Shown here: in pieces, positions 27,391 to 36,934 of the stretch
How positions within the stretch are numbered: position 1 is the stretch's first letter
How the letters are laid out: every line of letters starts with the position of its first letter
Source: Verrucomicrobiota bacterium
Lineage (GTDB): Bacteria; Verrucomicrobiota; Verrucomicrobiia; JABWAM01; JAHFSZ01
Direction: 5' to 3'
Length of the DNA: 64,000 nucleotides
NCBI GenBank assembly: GCA_023265515.1
Contig: JAHFSZ010000002.1
Coordinates: 8,358-72,357 of the forward strand
Notes under the pieces: model-generated
Databases searched by the model: none
Seen by the model: the letters and a program-made list of their open reading frames with translations, nothing else
What the model was told of the DNA's origin: nothing
Made by a program: the position numbers and the translations under genes

Positions 27391-29295
27391 TCACCGCTGG
27401 CTGGATTCCTTCGGGGCCCTCCAAAGCTGGCGATAAATGTCGTACGTCTTGCGAGGTTCGCGAAGAAACGGGCTGGATCTGCCCTCCCCTTGACCAGCGA
27501 TTCCGAGCCATTCCTCCTGACTCCAACCGTCAGGGAAGGCCATCTCAATGGTTGGATCGGTGTCGTGAATACCATCCCGGTCCTTGACCGAAGTATCCTT
27601 CCACCACTCATCGAGCCATTCGAAGACAATGCCGCCGATGGACGTTCCCGTTCCCGGCTTCCCCGTCCGGTTGAACACGATATCCTGCCAATTGTTCCGG
27701 TGATACTCGGCCTGTGCCTCTTCGTCGACCCCCCTGCCGGTTCGATAGGCGTCACAGCCGAACTCCACGATTAAAACGGGCCGGTCGAAAATAGCCTTGG
27801 CTGCTTCCCACAAGGCACCGAAGCCTTCCTTGCCCGCATATTCATTGATGCCAATAAAATCCAGCTCGGGCGCCTTCTGGGCGTAAACATCGAGCAGGTT
27901 GAGGCCCATGTTGCCGACTCCCACGGGGTGATCCGGGTCGAGCTTGTGAATCAACGCCGCCGCTTCGTTCAACAGACTCGCATACGCTTCGGGATAAACC
28001 GCGGCGTTGGTTCGGCTGGCGTTCACTCCCGAAAAATTCGCCGGCATGTTATTTTCATTCCCCAAGACATACGCGAGAAGCCACGGTTCATTCTTGGACT
28101 GCTCGACCATGCTTCGGACCGCTTCAAGCATCTTGTTGCGCTGCTGTGGATCCCGGTAGTCGGTACCCTGTTCCCAGCTCGCGCCCGAATGAACCGTGTA
28201 AGCGCCCAGCGGCTCATTGAGGATGCCATAGATTCCGAAGTTCTGGCGCATTTCCCGCAGCAACGGGAGATTGAGCGGATGATCGGTGAACATGCGAATC
28301 GCATTGCAGCCCATCTCCTGGAGCAATTTGAAGTCCCCCACCACCGGCTCGTCGGCGTCCTGCACACCGTTTTTGTTTTTATCGATCCACGTTTCGTAGG
28401 CGACGTCGTTCTTGCCATTTTTGTTCTCGTCGGCGTCCATCCAGTTCCAATCCTTGATATGAAAACCCACCTTGGTCGGCAGGTACGAGACCCCTTGGAC
28501 GAAAAACGGCTTGCCGTCCATTTGCAGCCCCCACTGTCCGTTGTCGTATTGGACACAGGCGACCTTTCCGCCGCGCCGCGAGACGATCTTCAAGCGGCTT
28601 AGATCGGCCCGGCTGCGTTCGCGGTCCTGCGGCGTGTACTGGATAAAGCGGCCCGGTGTGACAGCAACATCGTTGCGCGTTGGGTCGCCGCCGACATTCG
28701 CATGCACCTTCACCAGCGCATCAACCAGTTTCAGATTCATCTCCGGGTGGCTTTGCGTCAGACGGATGATCGAGCCCCACGCCACCGGGGCAACGGGCCA
28801 GGTATAGACTCGCTTCCGGCTCCAGCAAAAAGACTTTGGATAGAGGATCATCGACGCCCGGTAAGCTTTGAGTGCATGGTCGTAGTGGCCCGCCTCCTCG
28901 AGGGCCCTGCCCGTGAAAAGCAGGCGCAATCCCGGATCTTCGGAACACATGGCCCATGCATAAAAATCCGCTTGGGAGTCGCCGGACTGGACATAGTTCC
29001 ATGGGGCCTTGGTGAGCCTCTCCTTCGCCTTGTACTCCTTGAATGCAGGATCCTTCCAGAGGGACCGATTCGGATCGACCCCCTCGCCTGAGGCTTTGGC
29101 AAGCCCCTCTCGGTCCTTGATCATGTACTGATAATCGAAGGTGCCGGCATTTTTGAATTCGCCATATTTCTCGTAGTCGACCTCACGCTCGGATCCGGGA
29201 TCGAAGAGTTTGAACGGTTCGGCCTGAGCGATCGGTGCCGGTACGAAAAATGCCAGGATAGCGAGGGTGAAAAACCCTGAGGATCGGGAAAACAT
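27391..29295 (-). CDS. exported clan GH-A (GH2-like TIM barrel) glycoside hydrolase, paralog 2
   Basis: Signal peptide; MGCNAIR, acid/base LGNENN, nucleophile VEFGCDAY, FEWLDEWWK. Confidence 0.8.
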   Translation of the reverse strand: MFSRSSGFFTLAILAFFVPAPIAQAEPFKLFDPGSEREVDYEKYGEFKNAGTFDYQYMIKDREGLAKASGEGVDPNRSLWKDPAFKEYKAKERLTKAPWNYVQSGDSQADFYAWAMCSEDPGLRLLFTGRALEEAGHYDHALKAYRASMILYPKSFCWSRKRVYTWPVAPVAWGSIIRLTQSHPEMNLKLVDALVKVHANVGGDPTRNDVAVTPGRFIQYTPQDRERSRADLSRLKIVSRRGGKVACVQYDNGQWGLQMDGKPFFVQGVSYLPTKVGFHIKDWNWMDADENKNGKNDVAYETWIDKNKNGVQDADEPVVGDFKLLQEMGCNAIRMFTDHPLNLPLLREMRQNFGIYGILNEPLGAYTVHSGASWEQGTDYRDPQQRNKMLEAVRSMVEQSKNEPWLLAYVLGNENNMPANFSGVNASRTNAAVYPEAYASLLNEAAALIHKLDPDHPVGVGNMGLNLLDVYAQKAPELDFIGINEYAGKEGFGALWEAAKAIFDRPVLIVEFGCDAYRTGRGVDEEAQAEYHRNNWQDIVFNRTGKPGTGTSIGGIVFEWLDEWWKDTSVKDRDGIHDTDPTIEMAFPDGWSQEEWLGIAGQGEGRSSPFLREPRKTYDIYRQLWRAPKESSQR

Positions 29296-29369
29296 GCGGG
29301 TGATTTACACAAAAAGGCTTGATGAATGGAACACAAAACGCCGAAATGAGAGCGGGAAAACGGGCGGAC

Positions 29370-31319
29370 TTATTTTACGAGACCCGGTTTTTCCGGCTGT
29401 TCTCCAGCATTCCCCTTGTTGGCCGGAAAAGGCAGGGGCTTTCGGTTCCACAACTCCTTGAGCATCCCATAGGCAACTCGCAACTCGCGAAGAAAGGGGC
29501 TCGATGTGCCGTCGCCCTGTGACGTGATACCGAGCCATTCCTCCTGGCTCCAGCCGTCGGGAAAGGCCGCCTCGATGGTTGGCTCGCGGTTCTGCCGGTT
29601 GAGTGAGTCTCCCGTCGTGTCCTTCCACCATTCATCGGCCCATTCGAAGACAACGCCCCCGATCGAGTTGCCCACCCCGGGTTCACCGGCGGAGTTGTAA
29701 GCAATGTCTTCCCAGCAATGGCGTATGTAGTTGGCCTGCGTGGTCTCGTCGGGCCCCTTGCCCGTCCAGTAGGCGTCGCATCCGAACTCGGTGACGACCA
29801 CTGGCCGGTCGAACGTCGTATGCGCCTCGAACCAGAGCGATCCGAAGCCGCCCATGGCCGGATAGGCGTTGACGCCGATAAAATCGATCTCGGGCGCAAA
29901 CTTGCCATAGACGTCGGCCAGGCCCAGACCCATGTTACCGATCCCAGCCGGATGGTTCGGATCAATCTGATGGATCATCCTGGCAGCCTCATTGAGGAAC
30001 CTGGCATATGCCTCGGGGTAGACGCTCGCATTGGTCCGCGTCGCGTTCACACCCGAATAATCGGCAGTCATGTTGTTTTCATTTCCAAGGATGTAGCAGA
30101 GCAGCCACGGCTCATCCTTGCATCTTTCGACGGTGGCGCGGAGCGCAGCAAGCATACTTTTGCATTGCTCCGGATCGCGGTAATCCGTTCCTTTGTCCCA
30201 ACTTGCGCCGGAGTTGATCGTGTAGGCGCCGATCGGGTTCATCAGCATGACGTAGATCCCATAGTCTTGATGCATTTCGCGCAGCAGCTCGATGTTCAAC
30301 GGAAGGTTGTCGAGCACACGGATCGCATTGCAACCCATCTCCTGGAGCAGCTTGAAGTCTCCGACCGCGGGCTCATCAGGATCGTGGGTGCCATTGCGGT
30401 TGGCGTCGACCCATGTTTCGTAAGCGACGTCGTTTTTGCCGTTTTTGTTTTCGTCGGCCTCCATCCAGTTCCAGTTGTAATCCCGGCCCACCTTGGTCGG
30501 CGTGTAGGTCATTCCGCGGATGAAAAACGGCTTGCCTTCCACCTGAAGGCCCCACTGCCCGTTGTCGTATTTTACACAGCTGACCTTCGCCCCGCGCCGC
30601 TCGACAACTGGAAGCAAACTCACGTCACGGCGGGCTTCATTTCGCTGCTGGGCGCTGTATGGAACGAATTTCCCGGGAGTGACCGCCACTTTGTTCTTTG
30701 TGGGATCGCCGCCAATCGTGGTCTGGATCCGGATCAAGGCGCCGTCCAGCTTCAGGCCAAGTTCCGGGTGAAGGCGCGTCAGGTTGATGATTGAGTTCCA
30801 GGCTGCAGGCCCGATCAGCCAGGTCCATGTTTTTTTTCGGTTCCAGACATACGTATTCGGATGGAGGACCATGGCCGCCCGATACGCCTTGAGCGCGTGG
30901 ATGTAATGGCCACCCTCTTCGAGCGCTCTTGCGGTGAAGAAAAGTCTCAGGCCCGGATCGAGCTTCGGCGCCGTCGCCCAGACAAAAAAGTCAGCCTGCG
31001 GATCGCCAGAATTGATGTGCGACCAAATGTCGCCCTTGAGTCTTCCCTCCTTCTCCAGCCTCGCATAGCCAGGGTCGCGCTTCACGCTGAGGTTGGGATC
31101 GATTCCCTCCCCGGACGCCCTTGCGAGGCCCTCCTGGGAAATGATCGTGTATTGATAATCGAAGGTTCCGATACCCTTAAATGAACCATATTTGGAGTAA
31201 TCGATGGTTGGATCGCTTCCCGGATCGGCCAGCGGGAAAGCGGGGTTCCAGGCCCGGACGACCAGTGGAACCGCGCAAAATCCCACAAGGAGCAGAATGC
31301 GTTTGAAAATCATCATCAT
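29370..31319 (-). CDS. exported clan GH-A (GH2-like TIM barrel) glycoside hydrolase, paralog 1
   Basis: Signal peptide; MGCNAIR, LGNENN, TEFGCDAY, FEWADEWWK; colinear with the neighbouring gene. Confidence 0.8.
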   Translation of the reverse strand: MMMIFKRILLLVGFCAVPLVVRAWNPAFPLADPGSDPTIDYSKYGSFKGIGTFDYQYTIISQEGLARASGEGIDPNLSVKRDPGYARLEKEGRLKGDIWSHINSGDPQADFFVWATAPKLDPGLRLFFTARALEEGGHYIHALKAYRAAMVLHPNTYVWNRKKTWTWLIGPAAWNSIINLTRLHPELGLKLDGALIRIQTTIGGDPTKNKVAVTPGKFVPYSAQQRNEARRDVSLLPVVERRGAKVSCVKYDNGQWGLQVEGKPFFIRGMTYTPTKVGRDYNWNWMEADENKNGKNDVAYETWVDANRNGTHDPDEPAVGDFKLLQEMGCNAIRVLDNLPLNIELLREMHQDYGIYVMLMNPIGAYTINSGASWDKGTDYRDPEQCKSMLAALRATVERCKDEPWLLCYILGNENNMTADYSGVNATRTNASVYPEAYARFLNEAARMIHQIDPNHPAGIGNMGLGLADVYGKFAPEIDFIGVNAYPAMGGFGSLWFEAHTTFDRPVVVTEFGCDAYWTGKGPDETTQANYIRHCWEDIAYNSAGEPGVGNSIGGVVFEWADEWWKDTTGDSLNRQNREPTIEAAFPDGWSQEEWLGITSQGDGTSSPFLRELRVAYGMLKELWNRKPLPFPANKGNAGEQPEKPGLVK

Positions 31320-31404
31320 TCGGGTCCGTCAGTATCGGGATAAGAGACGCAAGAATGTAAGCCTAGCCCGCAGCGGGACGAAAATCAACGCAAACGCAGC
31401 CCAC

Positions 31405-32094
31405 TCAATGGCGGCAGCTCATGGTCAACCGGAACCCGGGTCTCTGTTTGATCCGAAGCTGGTCGATGCCGGACCATTCCCGATAATTGAGCGCGTCGGC
31501 CTCGCGGAATCCCCGCCTTACGGAGAGTTTAGCATCGTGAAACAGCACGGGATCAAAACTCAGTGCCGTGAGCAACGCGACGACGCAGTAGGCGATCGGG
31601 TGCCGGTAAAGGTCATTGACGAGAAAGCCACGGCGGCAATTCTGGAACATTTTCTCAAGAAGCTCGACAATCCTTTCGTCCGGCAAATGGTGGAAAAACA
31701 TCGAGGCGGTGATGTAGTCGAATAACCCGAGCTGCTCGAGCTGGAACGCCGAATGGCACAGATAACGGATGTGAGGATGAGCGGAGTGCTTTTGGGCGTA
31801 CTCGATCAGGCGGGGATTCGAGTCGATCGCGGTGATCTGGACCGTCCTTTTTCGTTTTTTTGCCCATCTTTGGATGGCCAATGGGATATCGCCTGAACCG
31901 GTCCCAAGATCGAGCACCGTGAATTCGCGCCCAAGTCCAGGAGTGTGATCGAAGCAATCGAGGACCGCGTCCGCACCACCCAGCCATCGGTTCACCCATC
32001 GCATGAACCGGAGCGAGGGAATGATCTTCTCGATCCCGACGTTTTGCTCGTCGAGCACTTCGCGTTGCAGGGATCGTTGGTCCATCCAGCCCAT
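31405..32094 (-). CDS. class I SAM-dependent methyltransferase
   Basis: VLDLGTGSGD, ITAID, SMFFHH, VNDLYRH; start placed at the TGATG overlap with the upstream gene. Confidence 0.85.
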   Translation of the reverse strand: MGWMDQRSLQREVLDEQNVGIEKIIPSLRFMRWVNRWLGGADAVLDCFDHTPGLGREFTVLDLGTGSGDIPLAIQRWAKKRKRTVQITAIDSNPRLIEYAQKHSAHPHIRYLCHSAFQLEQLGLFDYITASMFFHHLPDERIVELLEKMFQNCRRGFLVNDLYRHPIAYCVVALLTALSFDPVLFHDAKLSVRRGFREADALNYREWSGIDQLRIKQRPGFRLTMSCRH

Positions 32095-33974
32095 CACGGT
32101 TTCAGCAGAAGGAGTTCGTCGCCGGCAAGGGTCAGGACAGGGCAATAGAGTCCTCTTCTTTGCCGGGTCCACCAGGTTCCCTCGCTGCGGAGGGTTGAGA
32201 GATCAGTGAAGTGATAATCATAGATGACGGCACGAAGGTAGCGTGGAGGCCCCTCCGGAAACGGATTTTTTCCCAGCAGGGCGAGCACGTCCGGCGAGCC
32301 CTGGAGCAGCTTCAGGCAAAATCGGCCGAACCATGGGTTTTGCCGGACAGAGCCGAGCGCGGCGAACCACATCTGCCAATCGAGGCGCGGCTGATGAGGC
32401 TGAACCCAGAGAGGATGCCGTTTGAGGTCGCCCGGCTTGTATTTGAACTCGTACGGCAGCCAGTCGACGCCGTTATTGCTCCCCTCGATGATGATTTCTA
32501 GCCGCGCGGTGGTCATGACCCGGAAGAGGCCGTAACCATTGACGGAGCGGAAAGGAACGAACAGAGCGTACGTTCTTTCGACCCAGTTCGGCCAGGCGAA
32601 GCGGACGCGGAACGCTCCGATCAAAGCGAGGTTCGACATGAAAAGAATGACTATGGAAAGCGGGACGAGAACCCAACGCGGCCAACGCAGGCCGGTATTG
32701 CCCGTTCCGCCAAAAGTCCACCGACTCACGACCTCGGCGAGCTTCTCCCGCCAGGAACCTGGCCAGGCGGAGTCATCCAGCAGGCAAAGGCAAAGGAGCG
32801 CGGCGAGCATATTGAAGAAACAGTAATTTCCCGTCAGGAAAATCAGCATTTGAAGGAAGAGGAATGCTCCGCATGCGAAGGCGCGGAGACGCCTCGGCCC
32901 GAAAATCAAGAACGGAACGATCAGCTCGATCGCAAACATGGCGCCGGCGGAAAACTGCTGACACCATCCGGGAAAATGATGCGCAAACCATCCAATCCAT
33001 GTCGGCAGTGGCTGGGTTTCATAGTGGTAGGTCAGCGCGGTGAAATGATGCCACGTCGGATCTCCACTGGAGAGCTTGACGACTCCGGACATGAAGATGA
33101 GCCGGAAAACCAGCCAGCGGTAGAGCCACACCACGGCCAGGCTGGGAGCAGCCTCGTGTCGAAAGTTGGGAAGCCATTGGAGGGGTGCAAAAAAGATCGC
33201 AAGAAAGCCGGTTTCCAAAAGGAGGATGTCCCATTGAAAACTCAGGAACTCCTGCCCGACGACGGCGAGCGACAGATAGAACGCCCAGAGCAGAAACAAA
33301 ACCAACACGGGCGCAAACCCCAGAATCAGGAGCAGGGAAAGAAGCGTCCCACCAAAACAGAGGAAGTGCAGGAAGTTGTCGCTCGCGTCAAACCAACAGA
33401 GCGTCGGAAGGTACTGCACGGCCTCGTACCCGAAACGCCCCTTGACTGCCTCGATCAATTCCGAGGCCGGTAGAATGCCGTTGCGGCCGACAAGCCCGCT
33501 GATCTGGGTCCAGAGCGAAAGGAACGCGATCAGGTAAATCACACCGAGGCCTCTGAGGAAAAACCACCGGGTGAGGTTATATTCAGGGGGCTCATAGCGC
33601 CGCCCCCAGAGAAAGCGGGAAACCGACGAGAACAAGCCGCGGTTCCGCGCCACGCGACGGTAGATGAATTCGGTGGCGCGGGCAAAGCCCGGAGCTCTTT
33701 TATAGAGCCAAAGCGGAGCTCTTGCGATCCAGGCGGGAGTCGTCGCCAGCGTCCGAAACACCGCCTCGGCGGCGCTGAAGACCCGGCCGTCCGGCAGGCA
33801 GAGCTTCACCGCCTTTTCGAACGCCTCCTTCGGCACACCGGCAAATGGTATCTCGAGCGACTGGTAAGGGACATAGTCCACTTTTTCGCGCGTCCAATGT
33901 TTCCACCGCGCGATCCAGTAGCCGCAGAATCCGCAATCGCCGTCGTAAACCAGAAGGGGGTTTTTCACATTCAT
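32094..33974 (-). CDS. DCC1/DUF393 thiol-disulfide oxidoreductase fused to lipase maturation factor (LMF) family domain
   Basis: N-terminal YDGDCGFC; LMF motifs FQWDILLLETG, YHYETQPLP, TGNY, PHQPRLDWQMWFAAL. Confidence 0.88.
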   Translation of the reverse strand: MNVKNPLLVYDGDCGFCGYWIARWKHWTREKVDYVPYQSLEIPFAGVPKEAFEKAVKLCLPDGRVFSAAEAVFRTLATTPAWIARAPLWLYKRAPGFARATEFIYRRVARNRGLFSSVSRFLWGRRYEPPEYNLTRWFFLRGLGVIYLIAFLSLWTQISGLVGRNGILPASELIEAVKGRFGYEAVQYLPTLCWFDASDNFLHFLCFGGTLLSLLLILGFAPVLVLFLLWAFYLSLAVVGQEFLSFQWDILLLETGFLAIFFAPLQWLPNFRHEAAPSLAVVWLYRWLVFRLIFMSGVVKLSSGDPTWHHFTALTYHYETQPLPTWIGWFAHHFPGWCQQFSAGAMFAIELIVPFLIFGPRRLRAFACGAFLFLQMLIFLTGNYCFFNMLAALLCLCLLDDSAWPGSWREKLAEVVSRWTFGGTGNTGLRWPRWVLVPLSIVILFMSNLALIGAFRVRFAWPNWVERTYALFVPFRSVNGYGLFRVMTTARLEIIIEGSNNGVDWLPYEFKYKPGDLKRHPLWVQPHQPRLDWQMWFAALGSVRQNPWFGRFCLKLLQGSPDVLALLGKNPFPEGPPRYLRAVIYDYHFTDLSTLRSEGTWWTRQRRGLYCPVLTLAGDELLLLKP

Positions 33975-34056
33975 AAGATCCGGCAAACCGACGCATCTTA
34001 TCAATTCGGCGGGGCGAGCAAAACCATTTTGAGCCTAAAAAGCCGACATTGAGTCC

Positions 34057-34737
34057 TCACCGGCGCGCTCGCAGAGTGCGGCCCACCAGACGGATGAAAC
34101 GGAGGGTGTCGATCACTGGGTTGATATGGCTTGATTCTCCCCGGTAGATCGTTTTGATCGGGCATGAGCCGATCCGGTGGCCCGCGCAGGCCAATTGAAA
34201 GAGAATTTCGCTCTCCAGATCGAAGTGGCTTGTGGTCAGCCGCCAATCAAGCGATCCAAGAAGCCGGCGCGAAAAGAGCCTAAATCCGCACTGCGTATCC
34301 GGCATCCACTGCCCCGCAATCCGGCTGATCAGCCATGACATGAAGCGGTTCGTCGCGATCCGAATCCAAGGCATCTTCCTTGTATCCCTCATCCGGTTGC
34401 CCAGCACCAGATCATAAGAACCTCGCTGTGCACACTCGTAAAGCATCGGGATGTCGGCGGGATCATGCTGGCCGTCGGAATCGAGCAGAACCAGCCATGG
34501 CAGGTCTTCCTTCGCGAACGTTTCAAAAGCCGTCTGGATCGCCACGCCCTTACCGCGATTCTTCGGGTGGCGCACCGCGACGGCCCCCGCCGCCTCCGCC
34601 GCCTCGGCAGTGCCGTCCTTCGACCCGTCATCCACGACCACGACTTTTTCGACAAACTGCAGGCATGACTTCACCACCGGCACGATCCGGACAGCTTCGT
34701 TGTACGCGGGAAGGATGGCGACGATGGGCAATTTCAT
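34057..34737 (-). CDS. family 2 glycosyltransferase
   Basis: ILPAYNE, VVDDGSKD, NRGKG, DSDGQH and DTQCGFR motifs. Confidence 0.92.
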   Translation of the reverse strand: MKLPIVAILPAYNEAVRIVPVVKSCLQFVEKVVVVDDGSKDGTAEAAEAAGAVAVRHPKNRGKGVAIQTAFETFAKEDLPWLVLLDSDGQHDPADIPMLYECAQRGSYDLVLGNRMRDTRKMPWIRIATNRFMSWLISRIAGQWMPDTQCGFRLFSRRLLGSLDWRLTTSHFDLESEILFQLACAGHRIGSCPIKTIYRGESSHINPVIDTLRFIRLVGRTLRARR

Positions 34738-34822
34738 TTCTAATTTCGGATTTCTAATTTCTAATCAAAACTGTGACCAAAGCTGACAAACGTTAGAAAT
34801 AAGAAATTAGGAATTAGAAATT
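34736..34822. repeat. inverted pair of heptamer arrays (ATTTCTA x4 ... TTAGAAA x4)
   Basis: Arms 34736-34765 and 34793-34822 are near reverse complements; the right arm encodes the LipA C-terminus. Confidence 0.7.
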
Positions 34823-35691
34823 TTCAATTCATCCGCATGATAGGAGCTGCGAACGAGGGGCCCGGAAAAAACTTCGCGGAAGCCGAGTGCGAGCGCAATG
34901 CTGCGATACCAGTCGAAGCGCTCCGGCGGCACAAATTCGACCGCCGGCAGATGCCGCAGCGTGGGCTGAAGATACTGCCCCAGCGTCAGCACGTCGCAAC
35001 CCGCAGTACGCAGGTCCAAAAACGCCTGTTTTAACTCCCCCTCCGTCTCGCCAAGGCCAAGCATCAGCCCGGACTTGATCACGACGGAGCCTGAAAGCTC
35101 CCGCGCTTTTTTCAGGACGGAAAGCGAACGCCGATAGCGCGCCCGCGAGCGGACTTGCGGCGTGAGGCGCTCAACAGTTTCGAGATTGTGGTTGAACACT
35201 TCCGGCCCTGCCTCGAGCACAGTCTTCAGGCTCTCCCCGGATCCGTTGAAATCGGTCGTGAGGACCTCCACAACAATCGGGCCGCACGATTCCTTGATGG
35301 CCTGGACCGTTTTGGCAACATGTCCCGCCGCCCCATCCTCCAGATCATCCCTCGCCACCATCGTGATGACCACGTGACGCAAACCGAGGCGCAGGCATGC
35401 GCCGGCAACGCGCCGGGGTTCGTCGTCCTCCAGCGGCAGCGGCCTGGCGGTCTCCACCGCGCAAAAGCCGCAGGCCCGCGTACACCGGCTGCCCGCCACC
35501 ATGAAGGTCGCGGTGGCCCGCGACCAGCATTCCCAGCGGTTCGGACAGCGGGCGCTTTCGCAAACCGTATTGAGGCGCAGGTCCTCGATAAGCCGGCTCG
35601 TGCGTCCAAAGACGGGGTTGGATGGCAGCTGGACGCGAATCCAATCGGGGATTCGGGGCCGGCGTGCTGCTTCTGGCGTGGAAACGTCCAT
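34807..35691 (-). CDS. lipA: lipoyl synthase
   Basis: CESARCPNRWEC, radical-SAM CTRACGFC, NHNLETV, GQYLQP and RSSYHA motifs. Confidence 0.97.
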   Translation of the reverse strand: MDVSTPEAARRPRIPDWIRVQLPSNPVFGRTSRLIEDLRLNTVCESARCPNRWECWSRATATFMVAGSRCTRACGFCAVETARPLPLEDDEPRRVAGACLRLGLRHVVITMVARDDLEDGAAGHVAKTVQAIKESCGPIVVEVLTTDFNGSGESLKTVLEAGPEVFNHNLETVERLTPQVRSRARYRRSLSVLKKARELSGSVVIKSGLMLGLGETEGELKQAFLDLRTAGCDVLTLGQYLQPTLRHLPAVEFVPPERFDWYRSIALALGFREVFSGPLVRSSYHADELKISNS

Positions 35692-35734
35692 ATTGTCAAC
35701 AGGGCCCGTTTAGAGTAGGAGACTACACCTTGCC

Positions 35735-36802
35735 GTGAAAAGAATATTATTCGTGACTCAGGGTGACCAGGCAACCGCATCCAGCCGCCACCGGGTTTAT
35801 CAATTCGTCCCGCTTTTGGAAAAGGCCGGCTGGGATGTCGTCATCAGCCCGGCGATGACGGCGGCTGAATACAGGATCATGTCGATCAAGGCCGACCCGC
35901 TGACCCGGGGTCGCCAGTATTGGAGGATCATGACGCGACGTTTCCGCGATCTGCACCATATTCAGGAGTTCGACCGCGTGGTCATCCAGCGGCCGATCCT
36001 GCCGGCGCCATGGCCTTTCATGGAGAAAAGTTTTGCCCGCCACAAGCCGTTCATCTTCGACTATGAGGAGGCCTTTTATCTGCCTGCGGAGACAACCGCC
36101 AACATCTGGGGCGAGCACCGGCAGACCCAGAGAATCAGCGACATCTGCCAACTGGCGAAGAAAGTCTTGGGCGCCAATGAAATTCTGGCGGATTTTGCCC
36201 GCGGCCACGGCACCGAAGCGCATGTTGTACCCATGGCGATCGACTTTGAAAAAGCCTCCGATGCCATGGCGCGCCGGCATCCAAACCCGACGTTCACGAT
36301 CGGCTGGTTTGGAAGCGGCCTGGCTCAGCCGAGCCTCGAAAAGGTGATCCCCGTCCTCAAGAGCCTCCACCAGAAGGCCCCCTTCGCCCTCAAGATCATC
36401 GGCGGCATGCCGCATGCGGTCAACTATGCGTTTCCCGTGGAGTGGCTCCCCTGGGAAATTGAGAAGGAGAACGATCACCTGGCTTCCTTCGACATGGCGA
36501 TCGCCCCGATCCCGGACACGCCCCGCAACAGAACCCGCACGAGCTTCCGCATCCTTCAATACCTCGCTCACCAGGTCCCCGTACTGGCCTCCCCGGTCGG
36601 CATCCAGGCCGGCGAGTTGAAGGAAGGCGAGCATATCGTCTACGCCCGGACACCCGAAGAATGGTCCGACAAAATCGTTATGCTGATGAAGGATGAATCC
36701 CTCCGGAACCGGCTGGCAGTGGCTGGAAAAGACTGCGTCCGCCAGAGTCACGATCTCAACAATGTCTTCAAAAAATTGTTCCAGGTGCTGGACGCCGAGT
36801 GA
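35735..36802 (+). CDS. family 4 (GT-B) glycosyltransferase
   Basis: ASSRHRVYQ, IFDYEEA, IGWFGS, PVLASPVG; GT-B C-terminal pattern. Confidence 0.8.
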   Translation: MKRILFVTQGDQATASSRHRVYQFVPLLEKAGWDVVISPAMTAAEYRIMSIKADPLTRGRQYWRIMTRRFRDLHHIQEFDRVVIQRPILPAPWPFMEKSFARHKPFIFDYEEAFYLPAETTANIWGEHRQTQRISDICQLAKKVLGANEILADFARGHGTEAHVVPMAIDFEKASDAMARRHPNPTFTIGWFGSGLAQPSLEKVIPVLKSLHQKAPFALKIIGGMPHAVNYAFPVEWLPWEIEKENDHLASFDMAIAPIPDTPRNRTRTSFRILQYLAHQVPVLASPVGIQAGELKEGEHIVYARTPEEWSDKIVMLMKDESLRNRLAVAGKDCVRQSHDLNNVFKKLFQVLDAE

Positions 36803-36805
36803 GGG

Positions 36806-36929
36806 TCAGAACCCAGAACTCAGGACTCAGAATGAAGGGGCAGAATTTAGGGGTCAGGAGTCGGAAGAACAGCTGGATAAGATGATCACAATGAATTCTG
36901 GATTCTGGATTCCGAGTTCTGTATTCTGG
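36806..36929. repeat. inverted pair of heptamer arrays (TCAGAAC-type ... ATTCTGG-type)
   Basis: TCAGAAC CCAGAAC TCAGGAC TCAGAAT... then ATTCTGG ATTCTGG ATTCCGA GTTCTGT ATTCTGG, filling the GT4-kdsA gap. Confidence 0.7.
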
Positions 36930-36934
36930 AAATA

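Noticed and set aside
31405..32094. Methyltransferase as a sign of a type III PKS cluster
   Set aside because: No chalcone-synthase-like or FAD-oxidoreductase gene is present in the window.
34736..36929. Repeat arrays as CRISPR or IS ends
   Set aside because: The units are 7 bp and contiguous, with no unique spacers, no cas genes and no transposase.
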